Translations under genes and position numbers: made by a program
Shown: positions 49,721 to 58,165 of the stretch, piece by piece
How the letters are laid out: every line of letters begins with the position of its first letter
How positions within the stretch are numbered: the first letter of the stretch is position 1
Origin: a virus
Taxonomy: Duplodnaviria; Caudoviricetes
IMG/VR virus record: IMGVR_UViG_3300023084_000018
Coordinates: 1 to 61,117 of that record
DNA length: 61,117 bases
Strand: one strand, 5' to 3'
The notes under the pieces: generated by a model
The model's input: the letters and a program-made list of their open reading frames with translations, nothing else
What the model was told of the DNA's origin: nothing
Databases searched by the model: none

Positions 49721-50933
49721 AGACAAATTAATAAATTCCAAAACATTTTGCATGATACCATGGACGCATTTGCACACATGGCCAGATGGTAGAATATTGA
49801 CTTGCTGTATGAGTCCTAGCAACATGCCTATGGGCAATTTAAAAGACATGACACTAGAACAAGCATGGAACAGTGATCATCAAAAGCAATTGCGTAAAGA
49901 TCTACTAGCAGGAAAAACTAGTAAAGTGTGTACTAGATGTATGGAAATGGAAAGAAACAATATATCTACTACTAGACAATGGTCTAACAAACATTTAGCA
50001 AATCACTGGGACGTGGTTGAATCAACTAAAGAAGATGGCACAGTTGACAAAGTTAATTTGCCTTATATTGATTTTAGATTCAGTAATTTATGCAACTTTA
50101 AATGCAGGACTTGTGGTCCTGATCTAAGTTCTAGTTGGTATGAAGATCATTCTAAAATTTGGAGTAAACCAGATCAACCTAAAATTATAAGACCGTACAA
50201 AGACGAAAAGACTTTTTGGGAAAAAGTTGAACCATATATGGACGGCTTAGAAGAAATATATTTTGCAGGTGGTGAACCACTTATTATGGACGAGCATTAC
50301 AGAATACTAAAACGTCTTGTGGAAAAGAAAATGTTTCATGTCAAACTAAAGTACAATACAAACTTCAGTCAAATGACTTACAAAGATATTGATGTGATGC
50401 GTGAGTGGGACAAATTTGAATTTGTTGAAATAGGTGCTAGTTTAGATGCCAGTCATGAACGTGGAGAATATTTACGTAAAGGACAAAGTTGGGAACAAGT
50501 TGAAGCAAACAGAAAACGAATGTTTGAAATATGTCCTAGAGCTTATTTCTTTTTAGCCACTTGTTTGGATGTGTTTAATAGTTTTCATGTGCCAGACTTT
50601 CATATTGATTGGTACAAACGTGGCTGGATCAAAAACGAAGGCAGTTTGATTAACCCATTACTAACACCAGGATATTTAAGAATACAGATGTTGCCTGCAC
50701 ACATGAAAGACCAGCTCAGAGAAAAATATCGTCAAGCACAAGAGTGGATGGACACAAATACCAAAGACAAAAGTAAAAGATACGATGCATTGATTCAATT
50801 TTTAGATGAAGCAGACTACTCACACAAGATCAAAGAGTGGTTTGAGACTACTGAAAAGTTGGATAAACTGAGAAACGAAAATTGGCGTGACGTATTTCCA
50901 GAATTGCAAGATTTACAAAATTACGTCAAATAG
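49704..50933 (+). CDS. Radical SAM protein with N-terminal twitch-type domain (RS3)
   Basis: FCMIPW...DGRILTCC...CTRC; CNFKCRTC; AGGEP. Start at ATG 49704. Confidence 0.92.
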   Translation: MKKIDKDKLINSKTFCMIPWTHLHTWPDGRILTCCMSPSNMPMGNLKDMTLEQAWNSDHQKQLRKDLLAGKTSKVCTRCMEMERNNISTTRQWSNKHLANHWDVVESTKEDGTVDKVNLPYIDFRFSNLCNFKCRTCGPDLSSSWYEDHSKIWSKPDQPKIIRPYKDEKTFWEKVEPYMDGLEEIYFAGGEPLIMDEHYRILKRLVEKKMFHVKLKYNTNFSQMTYKDIDVMREWDKFEFVEIGASLDASHERGEYLRKGQSWEQVEANRKRMFEICPRAYFFLATCLDVFNSFHVPDFHIDWYKRGWIKNEGSLINPLLTPGYLRIQMLPAHMKDQLREKYRQAQEWMDTNTKDKSKRYDALIQFLDEADYSHKIKEWFETTEKLDKLRNENWRDVFPELQDLQNYVK

Positions 50934-50950
50934 TTCAAAAAAAGATTCAT

Positions 50951-51001
50951 TTTAAGGGTCGTACAGTGGGGTCAAAGCCACCACCTGGGGTGTTAGTACC
51001 C
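50951..51001. other. GC-rich structured intergenic element between convergent genes
   Basis: CAGTGGGGTCAAAGCCACCACCTG folds into a bulged hairpin; shares 16/18 nt with 59682-59699. Confidence 0.5.
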
Positions 51002-51020
51002 ATAAAAAATAACGATTATT

Positions 51021-51707
51021 TTAAATTTTTAATTTATATGTTATTGCTAAATGACCATGTCTTTCACTGTTAATTTTATGTACTAGTATATCATTAACTG
51101 TAATTGAATCACTGTTAGATAAACACCAATCAAGATTTATGAACTTGTTGCTTTTTGTTTTAAATGTAATTTCTGATTCAAGATAATTTTTTATAAAACC
51201 ATACTGCTTAGATATTTTTTTATATTCCCCAGAGCTAGAAAGATGTATATCACCAACTAACAGACATGTTGATGACTGAGATTGACAATATTCAAAAACT
51301 GTTCTAACATCTGTTTCTGCGTCTACTGATGTTATGTTATCTTCAGGAAAACACGGTAATACTGAACATAATAGAATGTCATTAAGTTTAACGTAGAGTG
51401 CTTTACATCCTTGATATTCATTTTCTGAATTCATTACTTTAGAATAACTAGGGAGAGTTTGTACATGCGACCATTCGCTTAATTCTTCTGGACCGGCTAT
51501 AACTAAATTCAGTGTTTTTCCATTTGATCTTTCGCGTGAATGATTTGTGTAATATACTTTTGAAAATTGTTCTTTTAAAGATGCTATTTTATATTCTGGA
51601 ACACGCTGTAATAATGCAATATCGCAATTACTAATATGTTGATTAAAATAATCTTCACCAAAATGAAATTGATCTGCGTTATGCTGTGTGACTCTATATT
51701 GTTTCAT
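51021..51707 (-). CDS. Divergent endonuclease/exonuclease/phosphatase (EEP) fold protein
   Basis: VTQHN, DIALLQRV, LLVGDIH, NLDWCL, HGHLAITY, which are altered versions of N / QE / GDFN / D / SDH. Confidence 0.55.
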   Translation of the reverse strand: MKQYRVTQHNADQFHFGEDYFNQHISNCDIALLQRVPEYKIASLKEQFSKVYYTNHSRERSNGKTLNLVIAGPEELSEWSHVQTLPSYSKVMNSENEYQGCKALYVKLNDILLCSVLPCFPEDNITSVDAETDVRTVFEYCQSQSSTCLLVGDIHLSSSGEYKKISKQYGFIKNYLESEITFKTKSNKFINLDWCLSNSDSITVNDILVHKINSERHGHLAITYKLKI

Positions 51708-52533
51708 TTTTAAAATACTTGTTAATTAACAAGTTGGCTAATTTAGTATTACCTTTTTTGTCAAAATGATATCCGTTATCAACAACAAGTTTGTCAAAGT
51801 CTTTTAGTTGACGTTGCACGATCACTTGATTGGTAGGAACATCTGTTACAAAACTGTTGTCAAGCCAAAACATATGAATAACTTTTGCACCTATATGTTT
51901 TACATACATGTCGCAGTACTCAACAGTTTCTTGATACTTTTCAAAAGTCAACGGATGTAATCTTTCATGTTCATACCAGTACTTGACTCTTTCAATTATG
52001 TTACCTTTTAGTAATCCGCTTTTTCTTTGAATTTCATTAAACATATGATCAGTAAGCTCTGGTTGTGTTCCGTTTATGATTGCTTCTGCCATGCCTTGAG
52101 TGAGATGATAGTAACACTGTGAGTTGTCCCACAATTGAATATAGTTGTCATACACATCATGATCTCGTGTGATCACACTGTATTTCTTTTTGTCAGAACA
52201 CCATAACAACATGCCTCTGTCTGGAGTGGTGTGTTGTATCACATAAACATTTGGATTGTATTTTTTATGAATGTATTTTATTGTTTGTGGATAGTTAACC
52301 CAACTGGCTCCACTTCTACCAGCATTGATCACTTGTACTTTTTCTTTGAATTTTGGTATGTCAACATCTAGTTCGGTTATTCTTTTGTACAAACTGTATG
52401 TTTGTTTAATATCATCTGTTAAAAGTTCTTTACTTTTGTTCAACTTCTCGTGTAAAATATAAGGATAAGTATGTGTATAAGGTATGTTGTGCCCTTGGGT
52501 CCAACTGCAACCTATAAATGAGATAGTAAACAT
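51694..52533 (-). CDS. SGNH/GDSL-like protein (S4)
   Basis: MFTISFIGCSWTQG, INAGRSGAS, QHTTPDR, DNGYHF...GN. Start revised to 52533. Confidence 0.7.
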   Translation of the reverse strand: MFTISFIGCSWTQGHNIPYTHTYPYILHEKLNKSKELLTDDIKQTYSLYKRITELDVDIPKFKEKVQVINAGRSGASWVNYPQTIKYIHKKYNPNVYVIQHTTPDRGMLLWCSDKKKYSVITRDHDVYDNYIQLWDNSQCYYHLTQGMAEAIINGTQPELTDHMFNEIQRKSGLLKGNIIERVKYWYEHERLHPLTFEKYQETVEYCDMYVKHIGAKVIHMFWLDNSFVTDVPTNQVIVQRQLKDFDKLVVDNGYHFDKKGNTKLANLLINKYFKNETI

Positions 52534-53710
52534 GAACAATAAATTTCCTAATAATTTTTGTATTCTACCATGGACTGCTCTAGAGGTACAACCCAATGGA
52601 ACTGTTAAACCATGTTGTATGTACAAAGATACACTAAAAAAGACAAATGGTCAAGAGTATTTAATACAAAAAGACACCATGGCTGATATATGGAAAAGTG
52701 ATGAATTACAAGATATTAGAACTAGATTTTTATCAGGTACACAGCCAAGAGGATGCCACAGATGTTGGATGGAAGAGTTGTCTGGTAAAGAATCTAAAAG
52801 AGTTAGAGACAACAAAAAATACAAGCAACACATCAACGACGATGTAATTTTTAACCAAGACAATCAACCAAAGTATCTTGATTTAAAATTAGGAAATATT
52901 TGTAATCTCAAATGCAGAATTTGTTCTCCACAGTACAGTTCAAGATGGATCAGTGAAAAGAAAAAATATGATCTAATAGATGGTATTCATCAAGAGTATG
53001 AAAGATTGGATTGGCCAGAAAAGTCTAAATTGTTTTGGGATAATATTGAATCAATACTGCCACACATTGAACATTTAGATTTCACAGGTGGTGAACCATT
53101 TATGATTAAAGAACATTTTGATTTGTTAGAAAGAATAAAAGAAAAAAAACTAGCTCATAGAATTTCAATACACTACAACACAAACGGTACACAGTTACCA
53201 ATGAATGCTTTAAAAAATATATGGCCTCATTTTAAATCAGTTGATATTCATTTTAGTATTGACGGACTTAAAAAGCATTTTGAATATCAAAGACATCCTG
53301 CCAAATGGGACGCAGTTACTGAAAATTTATATATTTTCAAAGAACACGAATCAAAGCAATTGACATTAAGTATCTGTCATACAGTTAATGTGTTTAATGT
53401 TTTATACTTGCCTGAGTTTTTAAAATGGGCTGATGAAATAAAATACAGTGTTTACTTAAACAGTTTACACGAACCAATGCATTACAATATAACATGTTTA
53501 CCATACACACAAAAAATTGAAATCAAAAACAAATTGGAAAAATCAGATATTGATTTTTCACAAGTGATTAATTTTATGATGCAACCAGCAAAGCCAAAAC
53601 ATTATAATAGATTGTTGAAAGAAATCAAAAGAACAGACATTGTGCGTCATGAAAAATTTGAATCAGTGTTTCCAGAAATGCAAAAACTATTTGAGGAGGT
53701 ATTGATATAA
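52532..53710 (+). CDS. Radical SAM protein with N-terminal twitch-type domain (RS4)
   Basis: FCILPW...NGTVKPCC...CHRC; CNLKCRIC; TGGEP. Start revised to ATG 52532. Confidence 0.92.
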   Translation: MNNKFPNNFCILPWTALEVQPNGTVKPCCMYKDTLKKTNGQEYLIQKDTMADIWKSDELQDIRTRFLSGTQPRGCHRCWMEELSGKESKRVRDNKKYKQHINDDVIFNQDNQPKYLDLKLGNICNLKCRICSPQYSSRWISEKKKYDLIDGIHQEYERLDWPEKSKLFWDNIESILPHIEHLDFTGGEPFMIKEHFDLLERIKEKKLAHRISIHYNTNGTQLPMNALKNIWPHFKSVDIHFSIDGLKKHFEYQRHPAKWDAVTENLYIFKEHESKQLTLSICHTVNVFNVLYLPEFLKWADEIKYSVYLNSLHEPMHYNITCLPYTQKIEIKNKLEKSDIDFSQVINFMMQPAKPKHYNRLLKEIKRTDIVRHEKFESVFPEMQKLFEEVLI

Positions 53711-53713
53711 AAC

Positions 53714-53719
53714 TAAATA
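53714..53719 (+). promoter_or_regulatory. Late promoter TAAATA
   Basis: Intergenic, upstream of SD AAGGAG. Confidence 0.55.
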
Positions 53720-53737
53720 TATCAAAAGGAGAAAGTT

Positions 53738-54448
53738 ATGGAATGGAAAGATGTAATAGAAAAAAGACACACTACTTTTGCCTGGTCTGATGAAGTGCCA
53801 GACAAAGAACTTATTGTAGATGCACTGCAAGAAGTATATGCTCATATACCAAGTAAAAATCTAATATTTCCATATCAAGTAAGATTATTACGTAACGATG
53901 ATCCTGCAATACGTAAAGAAATTATAACTATTTGTCAGCGAAATATGGAGTTTGATTATGAAAAAGACCCTGGCAATCCACAAGTACTTGCTCCATGGTT
54001 GTTGGGCTTCAATGCAAGATGGGTTTGTGATTTAGAAACACGCTATGAAAAATCCAGTATAAGAGGAAAGTATGACGGACTTGGCAAGGGTGAAAAGCGT
54101 ACTAATGATTCTAGAAATGGTGACCAAGCACAGACTGAAAATATTGAAATAGGAATTTTTAGTGCTTACATTATGTTGGCTTTAGCTAATCGAGGAATAC
54201 AGTCAGGTATGTGTCAGAACATCTGTAACAACTATAAAAGAGCAGAAGAAATTTTTAAAATTGCAGATGATGAAAAGGCTTTAGACTTTAGATTTTTAAT
54301 GGGTGTGGGTTATGGCAAAGATAGATCAGTGAGACACAATTTTTATGATCTTAGAATTAACAAAGATAAACCAATTCCTTTTGCACCAGTTGATGTAGAA
54401 ATAGCATATCCAAGACCAAAATTTGAAGATATTATAAAAGTAGATTAA
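53738..54448 (+). CDS. Nitroreductase-like (FMN-binding) protein
   Basis: IEKRHTTFAWSDEVP...IPSKN; IGIFSAYIMLALANRGIQSGMC; MGVGY. Confidence 0.7.
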   Translation: MEWKDVIEKRHTTFAWSDEVPDKELIVDALQEVYAHIPSKNLIFPYQVRLLRNDDPAIRKEIITICQRNMEFDYEKDPGNPQVLAPWLLGFNARWVCDLETRYEKSSIRGKYDGLGKGEKRTNDSRNGDQAQTENIEIGIFSAYIMLALANRGIQSGMCQNICNNYKRAEEIFKIADDEKALDFRFLMGVGYGKDRSVRHNFYDLRINKDKPIPFAPVDVEIAYPRPKFEDIIKVD

Positions 54449-54463
54449 GGAAATAATAACAAC

Positions 54464-55213
54464 ATGGATCTCAAAAAAACAGACAAGGATGGTAATCCTT
54501 TAAACTTGACACCAAAGGCCAGTCGTTCACAAGCAGACTATTACAGTCATTGGAAAAGTGACCCACAGAGTTTAGAACCAACTGAAGAAGATATCAAATG
54601 TGAATTACAGTTACAAGCTCTAGGAGATTTTGAACAATTAGAAATTCCATATGATCATAATTTGTTTCACGAGCAAATTAAAGAACAAAAGTTTGTTCCG
54701 TATCTTAGACGTGAAGGTATAAGCAACGACAGAGAAGGTTTGTTGCTAGTTGGGTTAGAAGGCGACAAGCCAACAGACAGTTTAAGCAGGCCTGAAGCAA
54801 TTAAACGAGCAGGTCGTATGTTATATGAAAGTGATTTCAAATATCCTACTCAAGCCTATCATGAATTAACCAGCATACGTCCTCTTTTGGATTATTGGGG
54901 TACTTTAGGACGTACAATGATTATTAGAGCCAACGCAGGTGGATGGTTTCCTCCACATAGAGATAGTCCTTATCTTGCAAGAGATTGTTTTAGAGTAATT
55001 ACATTTTTAGGAAATGCATCTGGTATGGACAGTTATGAATGGTGGTTAAATGATGTTAGACAAACAGTCATTGCAAATAGAACATATTTTGTAGATACTA
55101 GAAAAGTTCACAGAACACACAGCTGGTCCGACAACAGTTTACATCTCATATTAAACGTACCTAAGACTTGGGAAAACGTTATGAAGTTAATGAGCTGTTG
55201 CAAATATTATTAA
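54464..55213 (+). CDS. Fe(II)/2OG oxygenase, aspartyl/asparaginyl beta-hydroxylase-like
   Basis: GGWFPPHRD...YFVDTRKVHRT...LHLILN (HxD...H). Confidence 0.72.
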   Translation: MDLKKTDKDGNPLNLTPKASRSQADYYSHWKSDPQSLEPTEEDIKCELQLQALGDFEQLEIPYDHNLFHEQIKEQKFVPYLRREGISNDREGLLLVGLEGDKPTDSLSRPEAIKRAGRMLYESDFKYPTQAYHELTSIRPLLDYWGTLGRTMIIRANAGGWFPPHRDSPYLARDCFRVITFLGNASGMDSYEWWLNDVRQTVIANRTYFVDTRKVHRTHSWSDNSLHLILNVPKTWENVMKLMSCCKYY

Positions 55214-55905
55214 TGCGAACACAACAACAAATTGAAAAAATTAAAAAAGGTCAAGGCGATCCTTATTCAATTAACAATGTTGTTGATGTTGAATCACTTT
55301 ATAACTATTATGTTTCTAACGAAGGCAATGTTGTTCAAAAAAATACAGGGCCAAAAATATTAAAAGTAGATCCTACAGAAGATTTGTTTGATTCTTTGAT
55401 AAAGTCTTTAAAAGAACAAGTAGGAGAATTTGATGTAAGATATATGCATTACTTTGATGTTACTGATCCTCACATCATACACAATGATGATGAGTTTGAA
55501 TATCCAGATTGTTACAAAGCATTTACTATTCCTTTGCGAATTTATGGAAGCAGTGATGATGTCAAGTTAATTGTTTTTGATCAATACTATTACGGAGGTC
55601 CTGCAAAATTTGTCAACGGTAGTGATATGTCAGATTATCCTGTGCATTATAATAAATTCTTAACTGACTATAATGATATTGAACAACAATCAAATGTTGA
55701 ACTAAATGACGCCGAGCTTGAGCATTTGACTCATTTGCAACCTAGTTGGTTAAAAGGATTAAGTATTAATAAAATACTGCCATGGACTATAGGAAAAGCA
55801 TTGTGCTTTGATAGTTTGGCACTACATTGCTCATCTGATTTTAAAAGTAAAGGAATAACAAGAAAAATTGGGTTAAGTATATTTACAACCAGGAGTAACG
55901 TATGA
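55213..55905 (+). CDS. Putative Fe(II)/2OG oxygenase
   Basis: HIIHNDD...FDSLALHCSS...RKIGLSIF. Start revised to 55213 (TAATG). Confidence 0.6.
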   Translation: MRTQQQIEKIKKGQGDPYSINNVVDVESLYNYYVSNEGNVVQKNTGPKILKVDPTEDLFDSLIKSLKEQVGEFDVRYMHYFDVTDPHIIHNDDEFEYPDCYKAFTIPLRIYGSSDDVKLIVFDQYYYGGPAKFVNGSDMSDYPVHYNKFLTDYNDIEQQSNVELNDAELEHLTHLQPSWLKGLSINKILPWTIGKALCFDSLALHCSSDFKSKGITRKIGLSIFTTRSNV

Positions 55906-56090
55906 AACTAAATATGGAAGAAGTGAAAAAAGAATTAGATTTATTATTTCCAGAATCATACTGTGCCAATTGTGGTAGAGTGGGTCCACATGAAGATCCA
56001 TTATATGAAGAATTTTTAGATGGAGATAACAAGCCAGTGATAATTGAAGTGTGCAAACACTATGTTAAACAAAAAATAAAAAAGGATTAA
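55902..56090 (+). CDS. Small putative zinc-binding protein
   Basis: CANC...H...CKH; SD AGGAG. Confidence 0.6.
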   Translation: MKLNMEEVKKELDLLFPESYCANCGRVGPHEDPLYEEFLDGDNKPVIIEVCKHYVKQKIKKD

Positions 56091-56092
56091 AC

Positions 56093-56197
56093 ATGATAAA
56101 ATGGTTGAAAAATATTTGGTATGAGTTTAAAATACATTTAGCATATAAGAAAAAAATAAAAGAATTAAAAAAGAAAGATCCTTTTATTTACAAATAG
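56093..56197 (+). CDS. 34-aa basic peptide (below the ORF track cutoff)
   Basis: MIKWLKNIWYEFKIHLAYKKKIKELKKKDPFIYK; SD AAGGA; fills the gap between genes. Confidence 0.65.
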   Translation: MIKWLKNIWYEFKIHLAYKKKIKELKKKDPFIYK

Positions 56198-56206
56198 GAA
56201 TATAAT

Positions 56207-56722
56207 ATGAAATTAGTTTTTTATCCAGATGCGTGGCTCACAAAAAAAGTAGAGCCGTTTGATTTTGAAAAGTTAGATGCTGAACAGATTGAAAAACAAA
56301 TGATAACCTTGATGAAGATTTCAAAAGGTGTTGGCTTGGCCGCTAACCAAGTGGGCCTTGATGCACAAATATTTGTTATGACAAACAAATATGGAGAAAA
56401 CTTTTCAATTATCAATCCAACAATAGTTGCCGCAAGTCAAGAAACAGTCATGGGTGAAGAAGGTTGTTTGAGTTTTCCAGGATTGTTTTTAAAAGTTAAA
56501 AGAGCTCAATCACTTGCTGTTGAGTTTTACGATCCTAAAGGCAACAAGCAAAACATAGAATTCACAGACTGGGACGCAAGAGTTTTTCAACACGAGTTTG
56601 ATCACTTGTATGGAATAAACTTTATCAATAGAGTTAGTAAACTTAAACTAGATATGGCTAAGAAAAAGCAGGAAAAATTAGTTAAAAAGATTATGAACGA
56701 TATTGAGCAAAATAAAAAATAA
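56207..56722 (+). CDS. def: Peptide deformylase
   Basis: GVGLAANQVG, EGCLS, QHEFDHLYG. Confidence 0.96.
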   Translation: MKLVFYPDAWLTKKVEPFDFEKLDAEQIEKQMITLMKISKGVGLAANQVGLDAQIFVMTNKYGENFSIINPTIVAASQETVMGEEGCLSFPGLFLKVKRAQSLAVEFYDPKGNKQNIEFTDWDARVFQHEFDHLYGINFINRVSKLKLDMAKKKQEKLVKKIMNDIEQNKK

Positions 56723-56723
56723 T

Positions 56724-57041
56724 TTAGATACTCCAATAATAATTCATTAGACCACCCACTAACAACGTCACAAGTATTGCATTTAAAAATAGCAGTGCTC
56801 GGTCGTGCCATAAGTAACCAACCCATGCCCAACCAATTGTACCAAACAATCCAAACCACATATCCACATGTGGAATGGTTCCTACACTTCTAGAAGCAGT
56901 TGCTATTAAAATAAAAAATACTGATACCCATTTAACGTACCATGACAGATCACCTTTGGGTGTGACTTTCTTTATTACTCTAGATGAATTTAATTTCTTT
57001 ATCTTGTCGTCAAGTTTTTCTTTTATAGGTTCAATTGTCAT
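56724..57041 (-). CDS. Small three-TM membrane protein (DUF6552-like)
   Basis: LSWYVKW...GWAWVGYLWHDRALLFLN; overlaps the nadE stop. Confidence 0.75.
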   Translation of the reverse strand: MTIEPIKEKLDDKIKKLNSSRVIKKVTPKGDLSWYVKWVSVFFILIATASRSVGTIPHVDMWFGLFGTIGWAWVGYLWHDRALLFLNAILVTLLVGGLMNYYWSI

Positions 57042-57759
57042 TTTTAAATACCGGTATTGGATTCATTTTGTGTAAATTAACTTTTCTTATTTTTTGATAT
57101 GTGTCATAGTATTCACTGTTTGATCCATGTGTCATGGCATGTTCCATTTGTTCATATGTTAAGCCACCTAATTGATCTAGATCAGTTCTGCCATCTTCCC
57201 ACAAACCATCTGTAGGAGGTGCATCTATAATTTCTTGTAACACATTTAAATCTTTACCCAACTGCCATACTTGTGATTTCATTAGATCTGCAATTGGTGA
57301 TATGTCCACTCCACCATCTCCGTATTTGGTATAAAAGCCAACTCCAAAGTCTTCCACTTTGTTTCCTGTGCCAACAACTAAACCTTGTGTGGCACCTGCA
57401 ATGTGATGTAGTGTGATCATTCGTATTCTTGATTTGGTATTTGCAAAAGCATGTTGATTATTAAAGTCAATCTGCATTTCAAATTTAAATGCATTGTACA
57501 CTGTGTCTAAATCAACTGTGATGTGTTCAACATTTGAAAACTTGTCTGTTAACCATTCACCGTGTTTGATACTAAGGTCATGCTGTGATTGAATTTGTTT
57601 GATTGGCATTGACACTGCATACACAGGTAACTCTGTCATTGCACACAAAGTACTAACCACCGATGAATCAATACCACCCGATACTCCTACAACCAGTGTT
57701 TTACGATTGTGTTCCGTTGCATAATTTTTTATCCAGTTAGATATTTTGTTTTGTAACAT
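57031..57759 (-). CDS. nadE: NH3-dependent NAD+ synthetase
   Basis: VVGVSGGIDSSVV, NTKSRIRM, GTGNKVE, GFYTKYGDGGVDISPIADLMK, PPTDGLW; no glutaminase domain. Confidence 0.96.
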   Translation of the reverse strand: MLQNKISNWIKNYATEHNRKTLVVGVSGGIDSSVVSTLCAMTELPVYAVSMPIKQIQSQHDLSIKHGEWLTDKFSNVEHITVDLDTVYNAFKFEMQIDFNNQHAFANTKSRIRMITLHHIAGATQGLVVGTGNKVEDFGVGFYTKYGDGGVDISPIADLMKSQVWQLGKDLNVLQEIIDAPPTDGLWEDGRTDLDQLGGLTYEQMEHAMTHGSNSEYYDTYQKIRKVNLHKMNPIPVFKNDN

Positions 57760-57760
57760 C

Positions 57761-57943
57761 TTATACTAATTCATTTTCATATTGTTGTTTACTAATCATT
57801 TCACATTCCACAGCATCTACTTTTGCAACATCATACAGCAATTGAATTGATTGTTCAAAACTGCTGTAATCTTTTTCCCACCAAAGCACAGTGGCTTCTT
57901 GTGTTCCTTTAGTTACATTCACTTTGTAATAACAGTTTGACAT
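57761..57943 (-). CDS. Hypothetical protein
   Basis: 60-aa ORF in a tightly packed operon. Confidence 0.6.
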   Translation of the reverse strand: MSNCYYKVNVTKGTQEATVLWWEKDYSSFEQSIQLLYDVAKVDAVECEMISKQQYENELV

Positions 57944-57952
57944 AATATTTTT

Positions 57953-58162
57953 TTACTGCTTTAATGGATCATACACAAACTCATATCCACTCATGTTTGC
58001 TATGTACATGTTTTTGTTTGGCATTTTTACAAACCTTAATCTTATTGATCCGTTTTCCAAAGTCATTACTATGCCGTGTTGATTACTTGAAATAACCAAT
58101 GCGTCCAGATATTGATCTTTGTCTGTGCAATGGATTTTAACTGTTTCATTTTCGTAATGCAT
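57953..58162 (-). CDS. Hypothetical protein
   Basis: 69-aa ORF in a tightly packed operon. Confidence 0.65.
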   Translation of the reverse strand: MHYENETVKIHCTDKDQYLDALVISSNQHGIVMTLENGSIRLRFVKMPNKNMYIANMSGYEFVYDPLKQ

Positions 58163-58165
58163 ATT

